A stretch of DNA of 49,886 nt from Puia sp. (GTDB lineage: Bacteria > Bacteroidota > Bacteroidia > Chitinophagales > Chitinophagaceae): contig DATHGW010000153.1 in NCBI GenBank assembly GCA_035317445.1, forward strand, positions 1 to 49,886, in the 5' to 3' direction. Position 1 is the stretch's first letter, and each line of letters starts with the position of its first letter. The position numbers and the translations under genes are program-made. This document shows, one piece after another, positions 35,757 through 45,481 of the stretch. A model generated the notes under the pieces. It made no database searches, was not told the DNA's origin, and saw only the letters and a list, made by a program, of their open reading frames with translations.

Positions 35757-35910
35757 TCTTAGATCTGGAATAATCCAAATAGTTTTTTGCATTTGCATAC
35801 ACATTGAATACAATTTTGAAAGCGTTTTGTAATCATTTGCAAAGAACGGCAAATTATAGAGTGCTAGGCCTTCGCCATAATGTTGCATCTGCCTGTTTTA
35901 TTTTTTGAAA

Positions 35911-36789
35911 CTAACTGAACTTATTCTTAAACTCCAACGGAGTAAGCTTTGTTTTCTTCTTGAAAAGCCTGAAAAAATAGGAACTATCTGTATATCCCAA
36001 TTCGGAAATAATTTCTGAAACACTCTCTTTTGAAAATACCAGCATTCTTTTAGCCTCAAGAATTATCCTTTCTGTAATGAGCTCTGTTATGGTCTTATTT
36101 AAACTGATCTTGCATAGCCTGTTCAGGTGTCTCTCACTTATGAACATCATCTTTGCATATTCTTTCGGGGATTTAACTGTCTTGAAATTCGTATCAACTA
36201 AATCTTCGAACTTTTTCACTTTCGCTAAAAAATATAAGTTTTGTTTTTCTCTTAATTGCTGCGGTAAATATTTTCTTGCTAATGCGATATACAAAACATT
36301 CACAAGAGAAGCTATCTTTTGAAACTTCATCAATTCATTTTGCCGGTATTCTTCAACTACCTCTTTAAAAACAGGTTCGAGTTTTTTTTGATCCGTTCTA
36401 TTCAGGGCGATCAAAGGCGAGTTACGCAAACTGCTGAAAAAAGGATAGTTTTCTACCTTATCAAAAGTAAAATTAAAATCATAAAACTCCCTGGTATGAA
36501 AGAAGATATAGCCATCAATATCTTTTGATAATTGCCAGGTATGCACTTTACCTGGACCTAACATAAAAATTCTCCCTGGTTTAATATCAAAGCGATCGAA
36601 TTCGATTTCATGAATACCGCTTCCTCTTGTAAATAATACGCTCAGGTAAAAGTTGTGCTTGTGGGGTGCGAGAATAAAATTATGGTGCTGATTTAAATGG
36701 GACCGGAAATCATTTGCATAAAAATCATCTTTTGTCCCCAGGTACTGGAAATCGCTTATATCAAAGACAGGAAGAATCTTCTTTTTCAC
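35911..36789 (-). CDS. AraC-family transcriptional regulator
   Basis: Cupin PHKHNFY; ILEAKRML, LGYTDSSYFFRLFKKKTKLTP. Confidence 0.93.
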   Translation of the reverse strand: MKKKILPVFDISDFQYLGTKDDFYANDFRSHLNQHHNFILAPHKHNFYLSVLFTRGSGIHEIEFDRFDIKPGRIFMLGPGKVHTWQLSKDIDGYIFFHTREFYDFNFTFDKVENYPFFSSLRNSPLIALNRTDQKKLEPVFKEVVEEYRQNELMKFQKIASLVNVLYIALARKYLPQQLREKQNLYFLAKVKKFEDLVDTNFKTVKSPKEYAKMMFISERHLNRLCKISLNKTITELITERIILEAKRMLVFSKESVSEIISELGYTDSSYFFRLFKKKTKLTPLEFKNKFS

Positions 36790-36877
36790 ATAAATGAATT
36801 CAAAAATGTCCTAATTGTCCAGTATAATGAGTATTTTCTTGTTGTCCGGTTAAAATAACTATGCCAGCTTTGCAAAT

Positions 36878-38755
36878 GTGAAACTACTCATTTTCAGAAT
36901 GGTTTCGCTATATAAATTAATTTTCTCAAACATTCACAATGAGATGGTTTCCGGAGCAGGTAAATTAGGTAAAAAAGAAAATCAACCGCATGGCAAGGAA
37001 AATGAAGACGAATTCAGGATATTGGTAAGAAGTGTAAAAGACTATGCCATATACATGATCGATCCGGAGGGCTATATACAGACCTGGAATGAAGGCGCCC
37101 GGAATATTAAAGGATATGAATCACGTGAAATAATTGGAAGACATATCTCCGTTTTTTACAACCAGGAGGATATTGAAAAGGGAATTGTTGAGGAGAATTT
37201 ACAATTGACCAAGAAAAGAGGATCATTTGAGTGTGAAGGCTGGAGGGTTCGCAAAGATGGAACCGTGTTTTGGGCTAATGTAATTTTTACAGCCATTGAT
37301 GACAGTCGGAAACGGTTGACAGGATATGCAATAGTTACAAAAGACATTTCTGAAAATCAAAAAACAAAGAAAAACCTGATACGATTAGTCCATGAAAAAA
37401 CCAAAGAGTTGACAAATGTTTTTGAAAGGATTACCGATGGTTTCGTCGCTTTTGATACCAATTGGAATTATATCTATGTAAATAAAAAAGCTTCTGAAAT
37501 CATCGGTCGCAATCCCCAAGAATTGATTGGGAAAAACTTGTGCAATGAATTCCCGGAAATGGAATATTCTTTTTATCACAATTTCTACAGGGCTATGAAT
37601 GAGCAGCGAACCATTCAGATAGAAGATTATTATCCCCCTTTACAAATGTCCTTTAAGGCAATTCTGTATCCTTCTCCGGAGGGGCTCTCCGTTTATTTAC
37701 AAGACATATCTGCTAAGAGAAAAGCCGAAAAAAATCTTGATGAATCCCGGGAAAAGTATCGTCAAATTGTGGAAACGGCACAGGAAGGCATATGGATGAT
37801 TGATGAGAATAACAGAACCATCTTCGTTAACAAGAAGATGTGCGACATACTTGAATATTCAGAGGAAGAAATGATGGGAAAAGAGATTTCTTATTTTATG
37901 GATGAAGAAGGCAAAAAGCAGGCGTCAATAGGAATCGGCAGGAGAAGAAGAGGAATAATAGAAAATAGGGATATAAAATACATTACCAAAAGCGGAAAGC
38001 AAATTTGGGCGAATATATCTGCCAACCCAATCATTGACGAAGCTGGAAAATATAATGGCGCGTTGGCGATGGTTTCAGATATTACCGAGAAGATAAAATT
38101 GCAGCGACAACTGGTGGATGAACAGTTGAATAACCAAAAGAAAATTACAAAAGCGGCAATAGATGCCCAGGAAAAAGAACGTGCTGAAATCGGAGAAGAA
38201 CTGCATGATAACATTAATCAATTGCTTACGGCTTGTAACTTGTTTCTCAGTTACAGCCTAACGCAGGATGATTACAAGCCATTCATTTTAAAAAGCAAAG
38301 ACATCGTAAGCGAAGCCATTGAAGAGATAAGAAAATTATCAAAGGAACTGGTAGGTCCCGTAAAAGCGGAAGAAAAGGGCCTTATAACTTCGATAGAGGA
38401 CATGATCGCAGACATATCTCAGGTAAAAAAAATAAAAATTAATTTGAATTATTCTTCTTATAAAGAAGAACTAACGGATGTTGATCTAAAAGTGGTTATT
38501 TTTAGAATAATACAGGAGCAATTGAATAATATCTTAAAACACGCGGAGGCTTCTGAAGCCGAAATAGAATTGAAAAACGGGAAAGATGGTTTGATATTAT
38601 CAATAAACGACAATGGAAAAGGATTTAATACCACAGAAATACGGAAGGGGATAGGTCTTAAAAACATTGAACACAGAGTCAAAACATATAATGGTAATGT
38701 TGAGATTTTTTCTTCTCCCGGAAACGGATGTAAAATGGAGATCAGCTTTAAATAG
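36878..38755 (+). CDS. Cytoplasmic three-PAS sensor histidine kinase (HisKA_3)
   Basis: Three PAS domains; ELHDNINQLL, QEQLNNILKHA, DNGKGF, GIGLKNI. Exact start uncertain. Confidence 0.92.
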   Translation: MKLLIFRMVSLYKLIFSNIHNEMVSGAGKLGKKENQPHGKENEDEFRILVRSVKDYAIYMIDPEGYIQTWNEGARNIKGYESREIIGRHISVFYNQEDIEKGIVEENLQLTKKRGSFECEGWRVRKDGTVFWANVIFTAIDDSRKRLTGYAIVTKDISENQKTKKNLIRLVHEKTKELTNVFERITDGFVAFDTNWNYIYVNKKASEIIGRNPQELIGKNLCNEFPEMEYSFYHNFYRAMNEQRTIQIEDYYPPLQMSFKAILYPSPEGLSVYLQDISAKRKAEKNLDESREKYRQIVETAQEGIWMIDENNRTIFVNKKMCDILEYSEEEMMGKEISYFMDEEGKKQASIGIGRRRRGIIENRDIKYITKSGKQIWANISANPIIDEAGKYNGALAMVSDITEKIKLQRQLVDEQLNNQKKITKAAIDAQEKERAEIGEELHDNINQLLTACNLFLSYSLTQDDYKPFILKSKDIVSEAIEEIRKLSKELVGPVKAEEKGLITSIEDMIADISQVKKIKINLNYSSYKEELTDVDLKVVIFRIIQEQLNNILKHAEASEAEIELKNGKDGLILSINDNGKGFNTTEIRKGIGLKNIEHRVKTYNGNVEIFSSPGNGCKMEISFK

Positions 38756-38813
38756 GGCTAATTTTCCTGCCGTATAGGAAAAAAAGGAAAATTAAGAAAA
38801 CAAATAAATTTCT

Positions 38814-38872
38814 GATTCGTAATCAGCAGGTCGCGGGTTCGAATCCCGTGGGAGGCTCTTTGAAGATCAGGA
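38814..38872 (+). repeat. tRNA-Thr(CGT) 3'-half direct repeat, copy 2 (att site)
   Basis: 59 bp identical to 35698-35756; also lacks the 5' half. Confidence 0.85.
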
Positions 38873-38877
38873 ATTTT

Positions 38878-40434
38878 TTATCTGATCACATAGTTCGAGA
38901 AAGAAAAGTCGCCTTTTTTTGGGAGACTGATTTTGGTATTTTTTAAAAGGCTGGGCAGGCTTTTTGGGCTATTCACATCGTAGATGTAGACAAATTCATG
39001 AATGCCTTGTTGTTTTAGTAAGGGGAGGAGTCTGTTAAGACTCGAATCGCTGTCGGCAAGGAAAAAATATTTTTCCTGAAACAGATAGCCCAGTTCCATA
39101 GCAATGTATCCTGCGCCAAGAACTACAACATTTCCTTTTTGTTGTGTGACAAAATCCAGTGAAGGTTTTATGCGATAGTAATTTTCATCCCGCAATTTCT
39201 TTATTCCGCCTTTGTAAGTATTCAAATAAAACGAGAACCCGACACATGCAATCATAGCAGCTATGAACCATTTCATGTACGCCCCGGCTTGCATATATTT
39301 CCATTGCTTTTCAATGAGCAACAGGACCACCACAACGATAGGCACTATGGGTAGAAAATAACGCGCGGCCCATTGTCTTCCACCGGCATTAGGCAGAAAA
39401 AAAGGCGCCAGTATGCAATACGCGATCACGATCCAGAGCAGCAGCCTGGTGCGAAGATCAAGAACGCGTTTGAATCTATACAACCCGAACAACACGGGAA
39501 TGAGCAACAATTCAAAAGGGAAGAAATGAATGGATCGGATATTAATTTCAATCAGGTTGTTCAATCCTTTCAACATTTTATTACCTGTGCCGTCTTCGTT
39601 TAATACCTGGTAGCCGTGCACACCAAAAAAGGAACCGTATTCCATCTTATTATACAAGAAAAAGCCGGCAACGGACAAGAACATGCCTGCTAAAAAAGCC
39701 GGATATACAGATTGTTTTCCTTTAAAATAAAGCAGTATCGCTGCCAAGGCATACAACATGTCCATGATCAATGCTTCCGGCCTTAGCCAGACCGCTGCGC
39801 CACAAATTAGTCCTGAAGGCATAGCTGCCCATAGTCCTGTTGGCGGTTTGAGTATGAAAGCAATACCAAAGAACAAAAGCAACACGGCAGGCAAATGCTC
39901 CCAATAAGTTGCTCCGTAAACGGTCAGGGGTGAACAAAAAACCATTACGAAAAGCGCGATAGCGACCTGGTTGCCGGAGAGATGGCAGTACTTCAACAAA
40001 ATGATCATAAACAGCCACAACAGCACCGCACTCAATGCTGGCAGGATGTATAATCCTCCATATCCAAACCTCGAGTAAAAAAATGCATTGATCCATTGAA
40101 ATGCCATGGGAAATGAATAGAGGTATCCCTGAGGAGTAGCGTATACAAAGGGGTCTTTTAAAGGGAAATATCCTGCATTCCATATTTCGTGAACAAAGGG
40201 GGGCTGGGGAAGCCACATATATTTAAAGCCGTGCCCCTGGCTTATTTGTTTTACAATCATGAATTTCATTCCTCCATCCGATGAAAAGAAAACGCCACGC
40301 TGGGTTGAGGACGCAAGGAATGCAAGATATCCAATAGCAATAAAGAAGATAATCAACACGAATGCATTCCTTCTGATAAAGGTTAAAAAGGAGGCTGTCT
40401 TCACTATTAATTTTTTATCTTTGTTTTTTTTCAC
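38878..40434 (-). CDS. Polytopic membrane protein, putative GT-C glycosyltransferase
   Basis: More than 10 hydrophobic segments; SSDGGMK, YWEH, WLRPE, GGRQWAARYFLP. Confidence 0.65.
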   Translation of the reverse strand: MKKNKDKKLIVKTASFLTFIRRNAFVLIIFFIAIGYLAFLASSTQRGVFFSSDGGMKFMIVKQISQGHGFKYMWLPQPPFVHEIWNAGYFPLKDPFVYATPQGYLYSFPMAFQWINAFFYSRFGYGGLYILPALSAVLLWLFMIILLKYCHLSGNQVAIALFVMVFCSPLTVYGATYWEHLPAVLLLFFGIAFILKPPTGLWAAMPSGLICGAAVWLRPEALIMDMLYALAAILLYFKGKQSVYPAFLAGMFLSVAGFFLYNKMEYGSFFGVHGYQVLNEDGTGNKMLKGLNNLIEINIRSIHFFPFELLLIPVLFGLYRFKRVLDLRTRLLLWIVIAYCILAPFFLPNAGGRQWAARYFLPIVPIVVVVLLLIEKQWKYMQAGAYMKWFIAAMIACVGFSFYLNTYKGGIKKLRDENYYRIKPSLDFVTQQKGNVVVLGAGYIAMELGYLFQEKYFFLADSDSSLNRLLPLLKQQGIHEFVYIYDVNSPKSLPSLLKNTKISLPKKGDFSFSNYVIR

Positions 40435-40443
40435 CTAGCCATA

Positions 40444-42297
40444 ATGAATTTCATTCCGCGTACAATTATATTTTTATTGATCTTATGCCTGGGTGTTTTT
40501 GTATTGCCTTTTTATATACCCACTCTCACCAAAACCCTCTCTTCTTCGTACGATTATCATTTTAACAATATCGTCTCGGTTGTTGGACTTTGGCTAGGCC
40601 TGTTATCATTCATTATTTTGTTTCATAAACAAGTTAAAGAAAAAATTAGCCGGATATCCTTTAGCGGGTGGATAAAAACAGATCTTTCCACGAGCCTGGA
40701 AAAAAAACACCTCTATTTTCCCATTTTATTTTATTCACTCATTATTTTTCTGCTTTATATCCTGGGCGCAAATTACGGATATGGCGAAGGCGCTTATTTC
40801 CTGAACAGAATAGACCGGCTCGCTTTGGGCCAAATCCCTTACCGGGATTTTGAATATGCATATGGGGTGTTGTTTATTTATTTCCCTTATTTTATTAACC
40901 GGCTCTTTGGCATTTCTTCTTCTATACCGGGTTACTCTATTACGCTGGTCCTTTTCTCCATATTGGGCTTGTATTTCTTCTTCCGGTTAGTCAATTCGTT
41001 TCATATCGGAAAAAAACAAAAACTATTTATATTCTATGGCTTTGTGTTTTGCTTTGTTCCTTACCATAACGGGTTAAACTATTCTTTGCTCAGGTACCTT
41101 GCTCCAATAATCAGTATCCTGCTGTTATTTAAATATCATGATTTTATAGCTCCGCGTGGTATAGGAAAGGCCTTATACCTTGCTTTATTGGCTACCCTTT
41201 TAATTTTAATTAATTTTTTGATCTCCGTCGAAATGGGGTTTGCCGTTTTCCTTTCGATCCTGGCTTACCTGGCTTTTGCCATCTGTTTTAAAGAAAGACT
41301 GTACTTAGTAACGATCATCTTCATCCTCATTCTTCTGGCTGGTTTAGTTTATCTCGCTGGCGGCCTGGATTTCTTTTTAGTCATGAAATCATTCACATCC
41401 GGCGCAATGAATTGGGTGATTATTCCTTCGCCTTCCATTTGCTTCTATATTGTTTCTTTTCTGTTCACAAATTTTATTTTGTCAATAAAGTTGTATGAGC
41501 AGAAAAACGCATCCTTGATTTGTTTACTGGTATTCAACCTTCTGATGGTTTCACCAGCATTCGGCAGATGCGATCCACCGCATGTATTGTACAATGGGCT
41601 AAGCGTATTTCTCTTTCCATGGCTTCTGCTCGCCTATTCAAATGGTAAATATTTCAAACGGTTTACCGTGTTATTCTTCCTGATTTTCGTGGTGGTTATG
41701 AATATATCAAACCTGTTAACTTATAAGGAAAGTATGGGCATTGTGGTCATGAAGAAATTTAGAGACAATCCGAAAATCGTGAGATTTGTGACCAGGACAG
41801 CAATGTTGCTGGATAAGGATATGGCAAAAAAGATTAATGGATTTATGCAGAAGGAGCAAATGAGGGCCGACACGGGTTTGTTGGAGAGATACGATAGAAT
41901 TGCTTTGCCATTTTATGTCGACAAGGATATTTATTTATACCTATTTAATAAAGGTTCTTATTCGCCGGAGTTTTATACAGATTTGTTAAATGTGGGCACC
42001 GAAAAACAAGTATATGAGAAATTGAAGATATTACAGGATCAGAACCACAGGTACATGATTGTTCCTGAAAGATACTTTGATTTAAACAGGCTGTATAGCA
42101 AATCAGAAAAAGAAGAAAAGCAATTTATTTCATTGCTTTTTGCTTTCCCTTACTCCTATCACAAGGTCAATGAATCAAGAGACATGCTGGAGCCGATATA
42201 TAGATATATTATTGAAAACTACGATCAGATCGCAATAGTTAAAAAAGGCTATATTTTAGTGAAGCGAAAAGGGGACGCCAATCCTGACCACAAATAG
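40444..42297 (+). CDS. Polytopic membrane protein, putative GT-C glycosyltransferase
   Basis: GEG..., GQIPYRDFEYAYG loop motif; many TM segments; soluble C-terminal domain. Confidence 0.65.
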   Translation: MNFIPRTIIFLLILCLGVFVLPFYIPTLTKTLSSSYDYHFNNIVSVVGLWLGLLSFIILFHKQVKEKISRISFSGWIKTDLSTSLEKKHLYFPILFYSLIIFLLYILGANYGYGEGAYFLNRIDRLALGQIPYRDFEYAYGVLFIYFPYFINRLFGISSSIPGYSITLVLFSILGLYFFFRLVNSFHIGKKQKLFIFYGFVFCFVPYHNGLNYSLLRYLAPIISILLLFKYHDFIAPRGIGKALYLALLATLLILINFLISVEMGFAVFLSILAYLAFAICFKERLYLVTIIFILILLAGLVYLAGGLDFFLVMKSFTSGAMNWVIIPSPSICFYIVSFLFTNFILSIKLYEQKNASLICLLVFNLLMVSPAFGRCDPPHVLYNGLSVFLFPWLLLAYSNGKYFKRFTVLFFLIFVVVMNISNLLTYKESMGIVVMKKFRDNPKIVRFVTRTAMLLDKDMAKKINGFMQKEQMRADTGLLERYDRIALPFYVDKDIYLYLFNKGSYSPEFYTDLLNVGTEKQVYEKLKILQDQNHRYMIVPERYFDLNRLYSKSEKEEKQFISLLFAFPYSYHKVNESRDMLEPIYRYIIENYDQIAIVKKGYILVKRKGDANPDHK

Positions 42298-42307
42298 GCC
42301 AGATCCG

Positions 42308-44644
42308 TCATTTATAATAATCATAACTCTGCTTATTTATTAAACCATTCGACGGACTTACGTCGTTCAGCACGACAATGATATTTTTTAGTAACCCTGG
42401 TTTAGCCAAATCGTTAATATATTCAATTTGATGGGTTGTGCTGTGCTTGAATTTCAAAAGATAAATGTTTACATCGGCGAGTTTTTCAATCAGCAGAGCA
42501 TCGCTGATTAGACCCGAAGGCGGGTTTTTAATGACGATATAGTCAAACTGTTTCCTGGCCTTTTCAAGTAGTATTTGCAGTTTGCCATTGTTAAGCCACT
42601 CAGATGGATATTCTGTGACCGGACCTGTTGTGATGACGGACAGGTTATTTATGTTGGTTTTGGTTATCACCTGATCAAAATCCGCTTCATTTTTCAAATA
42701 ATTACTCAATCCCAATTGATTCTGGGTACGGAAAGTATAATGCAGCGCAGGCCTTCTCAGGTCGGCATCAATCAGCAGGGTGGATTTATTATCAATTGCC
42801 AAAATAGCAGCTAAGTTGCTACTGACAAAAGCTTTGCCCTCTCCGCTTGTATTGGAATTGATGGAAAAGATCTTGCTGCCGGGCAAATGGTCATCCAGGA
42901 AGGACAATTTCATCCTCAAATCCCGGAATGATTCGGCAACATCAGAACCGGGTAGTTCGAAAGCCGGTAACCCGCTTTGGGATTTATTGTGTTTGATCAT
43001 CCCGCTTACCGGTAGATCGAGCGCATTTTCTACTTCCGAAATATTTTGGATGCTGTGGTCGAATTGATTTCTTATGAGGAAATATAAAAATGCCAATACT
43101 AATCCCGCAACCATCCCAATGATCAGGTTAATCAACCCGTAGTGTCCGATTAATTTTACCGAATCTGCCCTCGCCGGGTCTATGATCTGTGCTTCGGGTT
43201 CATGGGAAGCTTTCATGATCCCTGCTTCCACCCTTCTTTGTAACAGGAAATTATACAAGTCGTTGTTTAAGTCGAAACTTCTTTTGATGTTGATGTAGTT
43301 TTGCTCCTTTTTGGGTAAGGCAGACTGCTCAGCATATATATCGTTCTTCTGTTTGGTTAGATTACTTAATTCAAGTTGGGTGTTGCTTAACAGGTTATTG
43401 ATATTTTCAGATAGTTCATTCTGAGTATAGGCAATTTCTTTATCCAGCGCAATCAATTTTGGATTGTTCTCCTGTAAAGTATAGGATTGAACCTCCCGCT
43501 GGCTGGACAGATCGCTTAATTTCAGCACCAGGCTATTGAGTGCCGGGTCTGTTACGCCAACTACAGAGGGGGCCATCAGGGTTTTGATCTTATCTGGATT
43601 TCTCAGGTATTTTTTGAGGTTTGTATAATAGGCGAGCTTAATTTTAGCAATTGCTTCCTGGTCTCCAACATTCTTGGATTTCTCAATAACAAGGGAAGAT
43701 TCCTTACCGATATCCACAACCCTGTTTCTGGTTCTGAAGTCGGTAAACTCATTGCCTGCAATCTGCAACGAACTATCAATATTCGAAATTAAACTATCAA
43801 TAAATAGAACCGTATTGTCGGCAATTCTGTCCCTTTCACTCAATCCGAAAAGTATATATTCCTGTCCCAGGGCATTTAAATAATCCACTGTGCGACCGAC
43901 CTGCTCTCCATCCAGTTTAACATTGATCAGCTCGGCGTCCTTATCTACAAGTTTAATATCCAGTTTATCCTGGTATTCCAGTGCGAGTTGTGGGGTGTTG
44001 TTGAAGACCAGGATATATTCTGTTCCGGACTCCACGGGCCTTCCCTTCGGTTTAGATAATTTAAAATTGAAATACTCATTTACAAAAGCTTCTCCGAATT
44101 TTACCTCGCCCTTATATTTGAGTTTGTAGTTAAACCCCTTTACGAGGGCCGCTCCGTCATAACTCAATTGATAGCTTACATCCGAAATCGGCTTAATGTA
44201 AATCGGTACACCCTGAACCTGATCAAAATAGTCAGGATGCTCTACTTTAAAAGGCCCATTTTGATAGAGATCCGTTTTACTGAACAAGGAATTTTTATAC
44301 CAGGATACATCCCAATTTAAATTTTGCAGGGTTTTCAGATTTAAATTGTAGGAGGAGAGCACACCAACCTGATTTTGAATGCTCGTCACCTTTTCATTGA
44401 TCCCTAAATCCTTGTACAGTGATTTCAATGCCCCCGATTTATCATCGGTCTTGATCAGGATCGTCGTGCTGGCCTGGTAGGTAGGGTTGGTGTAGGCGTT
44501 ATACAATACGCCGCAAAACAAGCCCAGCAGAGCTGCTATGAGAAACCAATACCAGTTGGCCTTTAACCGGGACAACAATTGTTGTATCTCCATTCCCTTC
44601 GGTTTGTATCTCATTCTTGCTGAATTAATTTGATTTTCTTTCAT
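42308..44644 (-). CDS. wzc: Wzc-like polysaccharide co-polymerase / BY-kinase
   Basis: Two TMs around a periplasmic coiled coil; AESFR, GEGKA, LIDADLRRP, C-terminal YDYY. Confidence 0.88.
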   Translation of the reverse strand: MKENQINSARMRYKPKGMEIQQLLSRLKANWYWFLIAALLGLFCGVLYNAYTNPTYQASTTILIKTDDKSGALKSLYKDLGINEKVTSIQNQVGVLSSYNLNLKTLQNLNWDVSWYKNSLFSKTDLYQNGPFKVEHPDYFDQVQGVPIYIKPISDVSYQLSYDGAALVKGFNYKLKYKGEVKFGEAFVNEYFNFKLSKPKGRPVESGTEYILVFNNTPQLALEYQDKLDIKLVDKDAELINVKLDGEQVGRTVDYLNALGQEYILFGLSERDRIADNTVLFIDSLISNIDSSLQIAGNEFTDFRTRNRVVDIGKESSLVIEKSKNVGDQEAIAKIKLAYYTNLKKYLRNPDKIKTLMAPSVVGVTDPALNSLVLKLSDLSSQREVQSYTLQENNPKLIALDKEIAYTQNELSENINNLLSNTQLELSNLTKQKNDIYAEQSALPKKEQNYINIKRSFDLNNDLYNFLLQRRVEAGIMKASHEPEAQIIDPARADSVKLIGHYGLINLIIGMVAGLVLAFLYFLIRNQFDHSIQNISEVENALDLPVSGMIKHNKSQSGLPAFELPGSDVAESFRDLRMKLSFLDDHLPGSKIFSINSNTSGEGKAFVSSNLAAILAIDNKSTLLIDADLRRPALHYTFRTQNQLGLSNYLKNEADFDQVITKTNINNLSVITTGPVTEYPSEWLNNGKLQILLEKARKQFDYIVIKNPPSGLISDALLIEKLADVNIYLLKFKHSTTHQIEYINDLAKPGLLKNIIVVLNDVSPSNGLINKQSYDYYK

Positions 44645-44656
44645 ACGGGGTTGATA

Positions 44657-45460
44657 TTATTTTTTAAGAACACTGATTAGAAGTAAAATCGTGGAAAGCG
44701 CGACCAGTGAAGCAGTGAGGAGCGGGAGGCGTAATTCTACATTTTTATATTTGCCCGGCTCTACCATTACAACATCATTTGGCTGCAAAAAGTAAGCGTC
44801 AGACGTGAGAACCGATTTGCTTTTCAGGTCCAGCACGAAAGTCTGGCTGCCGTCCTTTGTTGGTCTCAGCACGACGACAGAATCCAATTGAGCATAATTG
44901 GTGATCCCACTGGCCATGGCAATCGCTTCGAACACGGTGAAATCGTATCCGTATTTATAATAGACTCCGGGGTTTTTGACCTCCCCTACTACCGTTACGC
45001 GATTGTTTAGCAATTTTACTTTAGCGGTAACTTCTTTCAGATAACGCCTTGCCGTGTCTTCGATTATTCTTTCGCTTTGGTTTATCGTTTTTCCAAGCAA
45101 ATTAATTTTACCGATCAACGGCAGGTTAATGTTGCCACTTGAATCCACTTCATATCCGAATACAAACTGGTTGGCGGGGTTTTCATACTCATTGTTTGTA
45201 GTTTGCGGAGAGCCGGCATGGGCAGGATTGTACAATTTGTTTACTTCCAGGTCGCCTGAAACAACGCTCACGAAGAGGTTATCCTTGACCCTGATTCGGT
45301 AAGGGGGGACTGCCTTTGGATAGCCCCTTAGCCGTTCCTGGTCTTTTGAGCCTTGCAGGTAGGTTAGGTTACGGTGCGAGATACATGAGCTATTGAACAA
45401 TATGTTTGTCAGGAGAAACATGTAACCCATTGTTCTTACCGTGATCATTTTTAGATTCAT
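44657..45460 (-). CDS. wza: Polysaccharide export lipoprotein
   Basis: SSC lipobox, GNINLPLIG, VVGEVKNPG, LQPNDVVMVEP. Confidence 0.9.
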   Translation of the reverse strand: MNLKMITVRTMGYMFLLTNILFNSSCISHRNLTYLQGSKDQERLRGYPKAVPPYRIRVKDNLFVSVVSGDLEVNKLYNPAHAGSPQTTNNEYENPANQFVFGYEVDSSGNINLPLIGKINLLGKTINQSERIIEDTARRYLKEVTAKVKLLNNRVTVVGEVKNPGVYYKYGYDFTVFEAIAMASGITNYAQLDSVVVLRPTKDGSQTFVLDLKSKSVLTSDAYFLQPNDVVMVEPGKYKNVELRLPLLTASLVALSTILLLISVLKK

Positions 45461-45481
45461 ACGATTTATTTATTGAGTTAA

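Noticed and set aside
35698-38872. Functional tRNA-Thr genes or a CRISPR array
   Set aside because: Both copies lack the 5' acceptor strand and D-arm; two repeats 3.1 kb apart are not an array, and no cas genes are present.
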